This document shows, one piece after another, positions 1 to 12,019 of a stretch of 64,000 bases of DNA (position 1 is its first letter; the number at the start of each line of letters is the position of its first letter). Below the pieces are notes generated by a model. The model did not search any database. It was not told the origin of the DNA and saw nothing but the letters and a program-made list of their open reading frames with translations. The position numbers and the translations under genes are program-made. Source of the stretch: Trichosphaerium sp. ATCC 40318 (taxonomy: Eukaryota; Protista; Tubulinea); contig JALMLS010000504.1 of assembly GCA_038496445.1 (NCBI GenBank), positions 1-64,000 of the forward strand. Direction: 5' to 3'.

Positions 1-3000
1 AAATTAGATGCTGATTTAGAGGTATGACGTAGTTGACAAGAACGTACTGTTGAAGCGGACAGTTGAGAAAAAAAAACCAATTTCGAGTTCCAGTTTTGGT
101 TTCTTTTTTGGGTATTGGAGGAGAGTTCTAATCATTTTTGGTAGGCTAGACAAAAGAAACTAAAGGATGCTTCTATAATCGATGATGAAGATGCTACATT
201 TGCATTCCCAAGCGTACCAGGGGAGTCTAAAAAAAGTGTAAAAGAAAAACCAAAAATTAGTAAACCAACGAGCTCTAAGACTACTCCACCTGATGATGAC
301 GACATAATGGCTAGGTTTGCGCGATTGGATCCTAAAAACGCAAATGTTGTGCTTAAGGTAAGTTGTGAGACGCCACTTTTTGATTGTTCTTCCAAACTCC
401 AAAAAAATCTTGTTTTTGTTATTTTCACAACTTCAAGTGAAGCTTGTGTTATTTTTCCTTGTCAAATCATATGATATCTTTTGTTTGATATTATTGACAG
501 TACATTATGTCGGGTTTGAAGCCATGCAGAATTAATATTCTCAATTGTTTCTTTTTCTTTTTTTAGCATTTCTGATTGTTTTGTGTAGTTAGCAGAAAGT
601 GAAGTTACTGATATTGATGAAGATGAACTTGACGATATTTTATTAACACAATTACCTTCTGTACCAGGATCAAAGAGTAAACCAAACCAATCAAAACCTG
701 AAGAACCAAAGAAAGAAAATGATACAACTACCAGTTCTGCTTTTGACATTCTGAATATTTTGAAGCAGCAAGTTGCCCCTAAACCTAAACGTAAGCTCCC
801 GTATATGACCACCTTTACTTACAGTTTTAATAGTAGCGTATCCTGATCTATCTCTTACGCCAGAGGGCCCTTCAAAATCCACACAGTCATCAACACGTCC
901 TAAAAAAGGTCATTTTTCTTTGCCTGATTTTGACAGTATCAAATCGTCCAAACCTCCTTCTTCGGATAAGCCTGAGACCACAACCAAGGAACTTCAAAAT
1001 CAAAGCACAAAATCTACGCCAAAAGCTTCAGAGAAGCCAACAAAGAGTTTAAATGATAGCAAAGGTGCACTAGTTCAACCCAACACAACTGTTTCGAAAC
1101 CTCCAGATACATTACCTGACTTCTCAGCCGCCTTCGAAAATACTAAACCCAAAACACCTACACCACCAACAAAAGGTGATATACACTCCAAAGGAGTTGT
1201 TGAAGTAGCACCACCCAAAAGGTAAAGTTGATAAGGAGATGCACAAGTGTTGACTTAACTTCTTTTTAAGTGCGGAAAAAGTATCTAGAAGAATTCCTAT
1301 TGATACTAGTCCTTCAGCGCCACCTGATGAAGGTGACGATCTTTATGTTATCCCAAAACGGTCCAGAGATCCTAAAAGCGTCACGCCATCTGCAAGCAGC
1401 GGAGGAGCTAGTGCAGTGGCTGTACGGCCTTCTGAGATGAGTAAGACTATGTCAAAGCCAGCGACTATGTCTATGAGTGGCTTAGTTGCTGTTAAGAAGG
1501 AAGAAGACAAAGTTGAGATCAGTAAACCAAAAGAGTCTCTTCCTGAGTTGATAAAAAGGCTTGGAAGTAATAATAGCAGACAAGGCGCTATTGATTTACC
1601 TCTTCCTCCTGAAAGTGAACCTGCTGATATTGCAGAACAGATTAATATGAGCTTGGCATTGGATAATGTATTTGGAGGAGGAGATAGCGTTCTTGAGGAA
1701 CCAGAAAAGTAGGTGTCGCTTGAAGCCTTTTTTTATGGATAGCTTTGAAAGTTTTTTTTTTTTTTTGGAATGTTTTACAGTCTTGATAGCTAATTTTATT
1801 TCTTTTAAGTCTTCTTCTACCTAAACATGGTATATTATTGGATGCACTCCAAGCTGATCTAGAACCAGCACCTGTACCTAAGATTCATGAGAATAGAAGG
1901 ACAGAGTACGACTTGTTTTCTCTGGTCTGTCTAATCTGTTTGTAGTGGTCATGCGATTTCTTCGCAACCTAGCCTTTTGGATGCAGATATACCCTATCCT
2001 ACAGCTTCAATGAAGAATAAAGGAAGTAAAGAAATCGATAAAAAAGAAGAGAAACCTTCTAAAGAGGCTAAACCTGTAACAAAGGTTGAGAAGCCTAAAG
2101 GACCTTTGTATATGTCCGAGGTACTTTATTTTCTCCTCTTCTAGTGCCTGTACCAGCTAACATCTCCATAAGGCTGACTTAATAAACTCAATTAAACAAT
2201 CAGAAGCAACAGTCATGAAACGACAAGAGGAGATACTTGCCAAGGAGAGGGAGAGACTTGAAGAGTATGATTTCTTTGTATTGATTTTTTTTTTTCAATC
2301 AAACAAACATTTCTCCTTGTTAACAATGGTAAACTAATACCAAGTCAGGATGACAAGAGAACAAGAGAGATTACAAAGAGAGCGAGATGAAAGAGAGCGC
2401 TTAGCTAAAGAAGAAGCCGAAAGACTACGTAAAATTGAGGAAGATGAACGTCGTGCTGAAGAAGAGAAAAGACTCGCTATAGAGCGTAAGGAGAAAGAAA
2501 GAAAAGACCGTGAACGTGCACTAGAAGAAGAAGCTAAACGTAAAGCTGAAGAAGAGAAGATCTTGGCTCTTGAGAAGCTTAAAGACGAGCGAAGGCGTGA
2601 ACGTCTTGCTAGAAAAGCAAAAGCAGCAAAAGAAGCAAGAGAAGCACGTGAAGCTCTTGAAGCAGAAGAGGAGTCAAAAAGAGAAGCTGCTAAAGAGATC
2701 AAACCAAGCAAGAGATCTTCGGGAACAGTCGCTTCTGCACCTCCTACACAGGCTCCTTTGAGTGATGGGCATAATGACTTTCAATTCAAAGAACCTGTAG
2801 CTCTTGATCCTTCTTCTATTCCTGGTCCTCCACCAGCTCCTGGTACTCAAGTCAGAGCTATTGCAGTAAGTCTTTAATACTATGATACTGGTTACGTATC
2901 TCACAATCTATAGGATGCAGTAGACCCTCGTGTGATGCCTCACCAACCTTCTGTACCTCAATGTACGTGATTTTTTTCTTGTTTTATATCTGAGAAAAAC

Positions 3001-4375
3001 CTGAACCACCTGTCGTTTCTGTGATCTCAAACTTTTGGATTGGTATTTTTAAACAATTTATATTACTTTTACTTGTACAAGAGGCCTTTACTACAAGTTG
3101 CAGTGGTGTTATAGTCTTACTTTTCCTATTTTTTTTGTGTTGATGTTTTCTTTTGTTTTAGTCTTACCTCGTCCAAATGCTGTTGGACCGGTCATGTATA
3201 ATAATAACCCTCAAATGTATTACCCTTACACCGGACAACAAGTTTTTAATCCAGAGTCTTTGAATATCTATAATGTTGATAGAGAGAAGCTATTAACTGA
3301 AACAACAAAAAGAAGAGGAAAAAGAAGAAGAACACGTGATAAAAAAGATAAAAAACAAAAATCACAACGAAAGACACCAGAACCTATAAGTGAGGATATA
3401 TACATAGACAAAACAATCATACACAGGTAAGTAGAACTCGAACAAAACTCAACAAACACATTTTCCAAAAAAAAAAAAATGAGAAAGAAAAAAAAACTTT
3501 TAACTCTTTCTTTCTTGTAGGTTTGGTAAGGTAAGTAATAGCAAAGTACGTGGTAAGAAGAAGATGCTTGTATGTGGTACAATGTTCCAAACATTCATGG
3601 CAAGAGCTGAGCCTAATACAAGACGTAATATTGAGACGTGTGGTATTCTTTGTGGTAGACTTGTACGTGCAGTCTTTATTGTAGTGTTTGATTTCTTACT
3701 TCAAATAGAGGTCTGATGATATGTTTGAAGTCACAACTTTGTTGATACCTAAGCAACGTGGTGATGCTAATACATGTGCTACTACAGATGAAGAGGAGAT
3801 TTTCTTATATCAACATAAACACCACTTGTTAACGTTGGGCTGGATTCATGTATGTTTTAACTGTTTTATTTATTGTCTTTGCTGACTAGTTGTTTTTTTT
3901 AATAGACACATCCATCTCAACGATGTTTTCTAAGCTCTGTGGATATGCATACACAATGTTCATACCAATCGCTATTCCCAGAAGCTATTGCAGTCGTTAT
4001 TGCTCCCAGATACAATCCAAAGTGCGTCAAGCTCTCGTTTTTAGTTTTTTTTTTCTTAGTTTTTTCTTCCCCTCAAGCTGCTTGATCATTTTCTCACTTC
4101 TTTGTGGGTGTTTCATTTTTTTTAGCTCCACACAGTGTTTGTATTGTATTCAGTCTGTTGCATTTTAGTGTTGCTTATAATGTCGTTTTTTTAGTTTCAG
4201 CGTTTTTGGACTGACAAAGAGAGGACTTCCAATTATTCAAAATTGCCCTCTTTCTGGATTTCATTTACATGATGAGACTACGATGTACAGGGAATCAGAA
4301 CATATTGTTCTTGTATGGCCTAAAAATGATAACACTAAAGTTGTAGATATGAGACGTTCTTCGTTCAAGGTGTAA
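1..4375 (+). CDS. STAMBP: AMSH/STAMBP-like JAMM (MPN+) metallo-deubiquitinase, multi-exon, 5' end lies before the window; long Pro/Ser/Lys-rich and E/R/K coiled-coil N-terminal region
   Basis: Spliced exons 3521-4375 translate to NTRRNIETCGILCGRL...FEVTTLLIPKQRGDANTC...LLTLGWIH|THPSQRCFLSSVDMHTQCSYQSLFPEAIAVVIAP...CPLSGFHLH...VVDMR (JAMM motif E...HxHx7Sx2D). Stop TAA at 4373-4375. Upstream ORFs 920-1225, 1416-1712, 2350-2877 and 3161-3426 are same-strand exons bounded by GT/AG. Confidence 0.9.
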
Positions 4376-7300
4376 AAAAAAACTAATAAAATAACAATCA
4401 AAAAAAGTGACTTTGACATCTTCTTTTGAACTGTTGACAACCAGAAATATGGAGAAACTTTTGTAACGCTAGTATTTGTTCTGTGGTTTTCAGACTCGCT
4501 AGTTGGATATCGGCGTTAAACTTACTCTTCCTAAGAAGTGAGCAGTCAAACGTTTTCTAGCACTGAAAAAAAACCAACCAACAACATTCCGTTTACTCAG
4601 GATTGTAACTCGTTTTGACGGTTTCGGTGTAGGCAATAATGCCAGCGATAGCACGCTAGCGCAAACAAGTGAAAAAGATCATCGTGTCGCAGGCGGCGAA
4701 TTGGATGCACATTCTTGAGTTTTGAACGAATGATTGAAGCAAAATGCGAGTTTCAGCGTACTTTAGTGTATATCGCCCAAAATGCACCTGCACGTTATCA
4801 CGCTGAGTGGTAGTTTATGATTGGATCGAACCCACAGCATCGTGTCGCCAGATGTTATGAATAGCCTGCAGTGCTATTCTTAAGTGATGTGAACGCAAGT
4901 AAACTGTGAGAAATCTGTTTATTAATCTTATTATAAGATATGACTTAACGAGGAGTTCTCATGAACTCCTCATGAACTCTTACATATTTCTCAATCTCGT
5001 ATATTTGACGTAATTTCATGCAACGTCAAGTCGTTAATACGACAATTTATACAGTTCAGAACAATTTTGGTAAGATATCGGTTAAAAAAGCGTGATTTCA
5101 ACGTGATCAGCTTTCGTTTCGTCAAATCTCTACAATAACACTTCTTTATATCTAATTTCTCTATTCCACGCCACGGTCTGTATGTTCCGCTTTTCAAAAC
5201 GCACTTTGACGGTTGTTTAAGCTTTTTCATCCTAACGTTGACCAAATGCAATTTCTATACTCTCAACCACATAGAAGCGAGTATCTTACGACAATTACCG
5301 GTTCAAAGTAAGGTGGAATTCGAGCGGTGTCCATTTTTTTGAATTTGAGTTTAACCACTAAATATCCAACTGAAGTAAACGCTTTCACAGCGTTAGAGGC
5401 ATACACTAGAGCGTCTTAGCGTTTCAAATAATGTTTAATAAATTACTCATTTGAAAACGAACAAAATGAAACCAAAGTTGCTTGTCGATAGGTGCCGTTA
5501 CCTCTACTACATGTGCATTATCATTACTTTCACTACGCCTCCAATATCTCGGCTCAATGTGGATCAATTCAATCCAAAATCACGAACCTCTAAACAGCAC
5601 AACAAACGCTACAACTTTGTGATATCCCACAATTTATTTCGTGGATAAACTTGAATGTACAAAAGGATTTCTGGATTCATGAGATAATGGAAAGCAAAAG
5701 GAGTGTGTGTTCTCTTGGCGCTTTCTAAATAGAAAATAACGACATGATTTGAAGTTGATGAGACTCAGTGCCTCGAGGTATCGTACCTGAATCTCAACAC
5801 AAACATCAATCTAGGATCATGTTAGACTGAGAGAAACTGGTATGAACTGGTACAGTTCCTTGGTCTCGAGTGTCCTTTGGCCGGTGTTCCAGTGTACGCC
5901 GTTGTCAATGGAGTGGGGCGCTCTGTGGGTTATTAAGGAGAGGATGTCTGCTCGGCCCTATCTTTTTGTGAAAAAAAGAGGATTGTGGTTTTGGGTTCCT
6001 TGATTTTTACAGTAAGTACTTTGCACTGACACTTGATATTAAGATGTTTTGTGTGATTTTACGTGTTAACTATCTCCGCGAAATACACGTGGTGGAATAC
6101 AGTGGTTAGGCTAACAAAAACAAGCACAAAATTATTGATTCTTTGAATACACGAAAATCCTAAACCGTCAAAACCATAACAAATAATGGTGTAGATTTGA
6201 AACTTTAACAATGTACAGGCTTCACTGTGTAACGACACAGTTATGACACGTTGTTAATGAGTTCTCATTAATATACATTATTTGAAGCACCAACACAAAT
6301 AAACACCAACCAAACAAAGACTACCTCTTGTCTTCTCCTGTGTAAATGCAACTATCAGAACAATTTATTTAAGTTGTAGAACATATGTATTGGATATCAA
6401 GCACTACCACATCTTGAAAACTCGCAATTAGTAGTCGGTATAGTCTTTGAAGCTAAATTTATTTTCCATGACTTAAGGGCACTTAACTATCAATCCATTC
6501 GTGACTACTCAGAGGTGCCCTCTTATTCAATCTCTTTCAATATACATTCTCAAGAACAACCAGAGAATGCGTGATAATATCTTGACTATATTTGGTGCGT
6601 GTCTATTTCGTATTTTAATGAACAAGCTGTTAAACTACACAATCCTAATTACATCTTTTTACCTTTCATTTGCCAGCTTGTTTATGCTTATTGCTCGTTT
6701 AATCTGTTAACTCTAGGTGTCTTTATATCCCTATCTTCTTTGTTGGTAGTAGTAGGAGCTTTAAGAAACAACAACACTATTGTCATAGGGTTCAGTTATA
6801 ACTTTAACCTTACTGTACAACAAGTAAGAAAAAAAAAGAAAGCTGCACATACTCACAAAACCGTTTAGAATAATTTTGGCCAGGCTCTTCTTAAAGGTGT
6901 TGAGTTGTGGAAGAATAAAACAAATGAAGCAGGTGGTATTGTGGTTGCTGGAAGAAATTATTCGGTACTTAAATAATTAGCAATCCTGTGCTTCTTTTTC
7001 GAAGCACGTGGAGATTTAGATATGATCACTTTGTGTTTTTTGTGATTAATCTCGGGTTTTAGGTTGAGCTAGATGCTCATCCAAGTGATAATACTCCTTC
7101 TTCTTTGACTAGAATTTATACAGGGCTTGTTAATGACCCTGAAGTAGACTTTCTTTTGGGTACGTTGATTGTTTTTGTACCCGAAAACTCAAAACACAAA
7201 AAAATAACCATTATGTTTAGCTCCAGGAAATACAGCCAGAAGCATCTTCGTTGCTTCTACTATTGTTGATAAAGCACCAACACCTCAGATAATGGTTGGT

Positions 7301-8870
7301 ACAACTGTTGCGTCTGGGCGCTTTAATGAAGACCGTAAAAACGCATTTACAGTAGTATCAGAATCATCAAAGTACGCAGTGTAGATAGAAAATTCTTTGT
7401 GATTTATTTTCTTTCAGGTTAGGTCACGTGGCTATACCTTTTTTTCGCCAACACAATGTCGAGTCAATCACCTTTCTTATATACGAAAGCAACACAGGCG
7501 GCGTTCCGTGTACAGGGATGGAGGATATTGTACACACTCACTGACTAAATGGTTTTACTAATACTTTTTGTGGCAGGCTGGTTACAACGGAGTTAGAACT
7601 TTTAAGTATTTCTATGTAAATGGCACCACTCTTGAAAATTCTGAAGGGACTTGGGTTGCAGCTTTTGACGTATGATCACGTGAACTAGACTATTTTAGAC
7701 TTGAATTAACTGAAAAACAAAGGGGATTATTCGTGAAGATAGTGATGCTCTCGTTTCATGTGGTTCACCGCAGGTGGCCTTAGAGTGGATGCTACCAAAG
7801 ATGAGACAAGTTGGATGGACACCTAAGATATTGCTTGTCATACCTCTTAGCGCTTTTGCCCTTTTCGATCCTGAGCTACGTCAGTATGCTTGTACAGTTT
7901 CTGTTGTAAGCTACAATGCACAATTTTACATCTGATGGTACTCCGTAGAGTAGCAGCGATTCCACTAGGGTTGACCCGTTTTTTGGTACCATACGAGATG
8001 TAATCGCTGGAGTTCGTAAGGCTGCACCTCAGTTACCAGGCGCTGCAATTAACATAGCACCTATTAGCGCTGCAGCTGCTCTAATGCTAGGTGAAGCAAT
8101 TCAGGTACACTCTTAGCTTAGCTGGCGAGATCTCACCTTACAAAGGCTGCCGATAGTATTGAGGTACCTGATGTTATTGAGGCTATGAGAAAACTGGATA
8201 TATCAACATTCTTTGGACGTGTAAGTGCAGTAGTAAATAAAACTTACATAATTATTACAATATCTAATCTATTTTTAGCTTAGGTTTTCTGTTACGAATG
8301 GACAGCTTGGTGAAGGTGTATTTAATAAGTATATAGATAAAACAACATCTTCGGTTGTAGGGCCTCTTCTTAGTGCTTCTGCAGAGCTTGTATACCCAAT
8401 GCCAACATGGGATGAACGCGTACAATCAAATCAATTCGGTACATACTAAGGCCATCTTTGTTTGAAGCTTACGTGGTATGCAGGTGATAGTGTTTATGAA
8501 TGGGTTGTACTAGCAATAGTATTAGTATCTTTGAGCTTTACCGTACTATACGCTACTTATATCATAATATACAAACAAGACTTTAGATGTACGAAATTGT
8601 TCTCACTATCATTTTTGTTGATTGCTCTATTTTAGACTCTTCGCCTTTGTTTATGCTGGGAATGTTGGTTGGAGCTGTTATGATATATTTTAGCACATTA
8701 GTCAGCCACCCAATAACTCAGAACAATGGGCTTGTCATGTGAACAACTGGTTATACTTACTTCATGGGCATCAACATTATGTTTGGGTGCGTCGTGATTT
8801 TGTTAACAATTAAACATCTCACATTATTCTACTATACCCAGGTGCTTATTCGCTAAATCTTGGCGAGTGT

Positions 8871-10828
8871 TTGTTTGTTTGGTTTATTTGACTATGTTTT
8901 ACTTTAGTCGAGCACATTTCGCGTTACATATATAGTACAACACAGGCCGCGGCCTGGGAAACGTCCTCTTTACTGTTTTGTTATGTGTATTCGTTGATCA
9001 TATATTCCTCTCCGTTCCTCCTCGCTCGTTCTTTTACTCGTTTAAGTTTGATCGCATGATTTGCTTTCCTGTTGGTTATATATTTTTTGTATAATTCTAT
9101 TTGGTGTATCATATGTGCCATCTCTTTTGCTTTCCTTCGGAGTAGCCTATTGGTGGATTTGTCTTTGTCCAGTTCTCTAACAAATTGTATGGATAGGCCA
9201 AGAAATGTGTAGTTTGTGGCATAGCCAAAGCAAGAGTGTGTTAGTTGTTTGTTGTATTCTTCGTTGAGTATTGCCAGTGTGTTTTTGTTGTAGAAAGTTG
9301 GGTATTTCATTGAGTTATTACACATACTTTCTACAATATCGAAGTGGTGTTTAGTGTACTCTCTTTTGTTGAATCCTAGTATGGCTAGTAACCATAATTC
9401 TGGTGATATTTTCCTGTTTGGGTTTCTGTATTTAACAAATAAGTTGGTGTGATTAAAAATTCGGTCGTGTAATGGCGTATTGTCTTCATCTTGTTCTTTG
9501 GTTAGTGGAGTTAGCACACTTTTGAATCCGTTACTTTCTAAGTGTCCAGTGATCGGGATTGCTTTCTCTACACCTTCTAAGATGCCTTTTGTGTTTATAA
9601 GGTGCTGTACTACTTGACCTATGACTTCACCCGTTGAGTAGTAAAACGTGTTTTCTGGGTCACAGTAGTTGAAATGCTTTACATCTTCTATTTCTTTCTC
9701 GTCATCCTCTTCTAAGTTACATAGTTCGCATTTGTCATCGTCGTACATTTCTGTCGTGTACTTTTCTATGTAGTTGGATGGTGTTCCTATACCTGTAGCT
9801 ATTCCGTTAAGTTTTTGGTTCAGGTTAAGATTATTTGTTTTAAGACGGAAGATAAAGTCTTGTACTCTCCCATATTCAGCTTCATTCCTTTGGAATATTA
9901 AGTTAGATGTGTACATGTCTATACGTTCATATTTTGCTGGTCCTGTGGACTCCGTGATCCATCTTTTATCCCAAAATGTTTGATTTTCATTCTTGCGAAC
10001 CTTTTGGTAGTTACCGTATGTAACCATACCATTCTTGCTGACTATAAATGTGTTATGTCCTTTACCTATCTTGTTAAACAGTGGAATGTCTTCCGAGTCT
10101 TCATCTCTACCGTGTTTTGCTAGGGAATCTGCATTCTTATTACCTTTGACTAATGCTTTGACTACGTCCTCACCATATTTGTTTCTTAACTTGGTGAAGT
10201 GTTCTTTCTTGGTTTCGGTGATTGATATTGTTTCGAAATCATCTGTGTGTGCTGGTATCCACACTATTTTTACATTGACTAACTCCATTGCTTTGTGAAT
10301 GCGATATAGTATTGCTTTGTAGGATAATTTTTTTCTGCCTTGTACGCTGGTTTTTCTGTACTGTTTGATTAGGCTTTTTGCTCCTACACAATCTGTACCT
10401 AGTAAGGCTTTACATCCTCTAGGAATAGATTTGAGTGCAGTTTCTATAGCGTATAATTCTGCGAAGATAGGTGTAGTATCAAAAGGCACTACACCACTAA
10501 TTTTATAGTTTTCACTTAGGAAGACTCCATATCCTGCTCGGCAATCTATTTCTGCATTGCTGTAACAGCTACCGTCCGTGGCTATAATAAGCCAGTTGCT
10601 GGTTTTTGTTATCTCATCCATTTGATCTGTAGTCCATCTGGTGAACTGTTGTGACCAATTGTTTCTCACGTTAGGAGTGTAGATGATGTTTCGTTCGTTG
10701 CAGCTATTTATGTCTGCCCACGTGTCTAAAAAGTTTTCATATATGTTGTATGAGCGGCTGCCACAACCAATAGGTGGTAAACAGCACTCACCAGGTTCTG
10801 AGACTACCTGTGAGTTGAATATTTGAGC
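8871..10828 (-). mobile_element. 5'-truncated non-LTR retrotransposon (LINE) with RNase H and C-terminal CCHC-type zinc knuckle
   Basis: Flanked by an exact 14-bp target-site duplication ATCTTGGCGAGTGT (8857-8870 and 10829-10842). The 3' end is a CAAA-type simple-repeat tail (plus strand ttgtttgtttggtttatttg at 8871). Contains an intronless ORF in an intron-rich genome. Confidence 0.92.
8981..10828 (-). CDS. C-terminal part of retrotransposon ORF2: RNase H (type I) plus zinc knuckle; RT domain absent
   Basis: IIATDGSC, AGYGVF, AELYAI, LGTDC, WIPAH, GNKNADSLAK (RNase H D-E-D-H-D residues); CELC...EDVKHFNYC. The first ~26 aa of the predicted 641-aa ORF (10829-10906) are antisense host GPCR sequence. 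Confidence 0.88.
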   Translation of the reverse strand, partial: AQIFNSQVVSEPGECCLPPIGCGSRSYNIYENFLDTWADINSCNERNIIYTPNVRNNWSQQFTRWTTDQMDEITKTSNWLIIATDGSCYSNAEIDCRAGYGVFLSENYKISGVVPFDTTPIFAELYAIETALKSIPRGCKALLGTDCVGAKSLIKQYRKTSVQGRKKLSYKAILYRIHKAMELVNVKIVWIPAHTDDFETISITETKKEHFTKLRNKYGEDVVKALVKGNKNADSLAKHGRDEDSEDIPLFNKIGKGHNTFIVSKNGMVTYGNYQKVRKNENQTFWDKRWITESTGPAKYERIDMYTSNLIFQRNEAEYGRVQDFIFRLKTNNLNLNQKLNGIATGIGTPSNYIEKYTTEMYDDDKCELCNLEEDDEKEIEDVKHFNYCDPENTFYYSTGEVIGQVVQHLINTKGILEGVEKAIPITGHLESNGFKSVLTPLTKEQDEDNTPLHDRIFNHTNLFVKYRNPNRKISPELWLLAILGFNKREYTKHHFDIVESMCNNSMKYPTFYNKNTLAILNEEYNKQLTHSCFGYATNYTFLGLSIQFVRELDKDKSTNRLLRRKAKEMAHMIHQIELYKKYITNRKANHAIKLKRVKERARRNGEEYMINEYT

Positions 10829-12019
10829 ATCTTGGCGAGTGTATATAATATTCACAAAGTCAAACGACCTCAAACCGATAAAAGTGTCTGATCTTGAAGT
10901 ATTCACCTACGTTGCAGTGTTCAGTGTTTTAAGCATAGTATCCTTTAGACGAAAAAGTTATCTAACTTTTTTTGTTTTTGTCACGTGATTGATATTTGCA
11001 ATGTATTTTTTAACTCTTAAGATACTTTGTATTGCTTATAGTGCAACGTTGAAACAGCCTACAGAAGTAATTGCAGATCCTTTCAGAATATCAAAGAACT
11101 TTCACAAGTGCACTTTGTCAACTGTTTCAACAGTCATATTGGCTCTACAATATGCCTCTTTGGTACGTAGGCTTCTAATATTTTGTATTGTTTACATTTG
11201 TAAAGCTATTAATTATGTGCGTTGGATCTGTTACAGCTATTTTGATACGTAAAGTACCATCTAAGGTATTCTTGGAAAGAAAGGTATGAACCAAGTTTTT
11301 GCTATACTCTATTGATGTGTAAGTGCAGGTTATTATGTTATCAATATACAACTCTACGCTGTTCACTTTAATAGCAATGATTGTGCGTTTTACTGTAACA
11401 CAAGATGACTCTAGAGAACAGAGATATGTTGTCCAATCAATATGTGTTATCCTTAGTGCTGGTACGTGCAACCTTTTATTTCTTTAACTCTTTTTACTAA
11501 TTCTTTGCAGCGTTAAATGTAGGAATCTTGTTCTTTGTAACAACAAGAAACGGAAGCCTAGAATCCTCTGATATGTCTCCACCACATCACTCGCTTAACC
11601 TTAGTTCTATGGATCACTCTACACAATCAGTTAAGAGTTTAAAGGATGAAATATCTAAGCTAAACAAAAAGGTTTTCAAATTGGAACACACAATTGAAAC
11701 CATGAAAGCCATTGAAACTGCATCAAACAATTCTTTATAATTTGAAAAAAACACACAGAGTAGCAGAGCTAATAAAGAACAAAGTCAAGTAGTAAGAGTT
11801 TTCTTTTTCGTTCAAGGCTGTCAGCCAGATTTAGCGTCCAACCCTCCTGCTAGCACCTAAAATTAGCCTTCAATCACGTGTACTTTTTCGCGTTTTTCGC
11901 TTGTTTGAATCACTTAGCAGTAACTCTTCACAACGTCACTTACAATTAAATTATCCACATTATTTTGTGTGAAGTGTGCTTGGTACAATTTATTTCAATT
12001 TGTCCGTTTACATGTAGAA

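Larger units (their letters stand above)
6567..11740 (+). pseudogene. Class C (family 3, GABA-B/Grl-like) GPCR: signal peptide, periplasmic-binding-protein (Venus flytrap) ectodomain, 7TM, C-terminal coiled coil; disrupted
   Basis: Exons give GQALLKGVELWKNKTNEAGGIVVAGRNYSVEL...VDFLLAP and LVYPMPTWDER (type-1 PBP/LivJ-like), then SSPLFMLGMLVG, CLFAKSWRVYIIF (class C TM3 motif), RKVPSKVFLERK, IYNSTLF, and SLKDEISKLNKKVFKLE. Interrupted by a retroelement at 8871-10828 and by a local frameshift pair with in-frame TGA at 8740-8742. Confidence 0.85.

Noticed and set aside
4951-4980. Small palindrome/duplication gagttctcatgaactcctcatgaactc
   Set aside because: Too short and isolated to support any functional call.
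8981-10828. Stand-alone cellular RNase H1 gene or endogenous virus
   Set aside because: The TSD, simple-repeat tail, zinc knuckle and exon interruption indicate a non-LTR retrotransposon.
10829-10906. N-terminus of the 641-aa RNase H ORF as a real start
   Set aside because: It lies outside the TSD and is antisense GPCR exon; the element is 5'-truncated.
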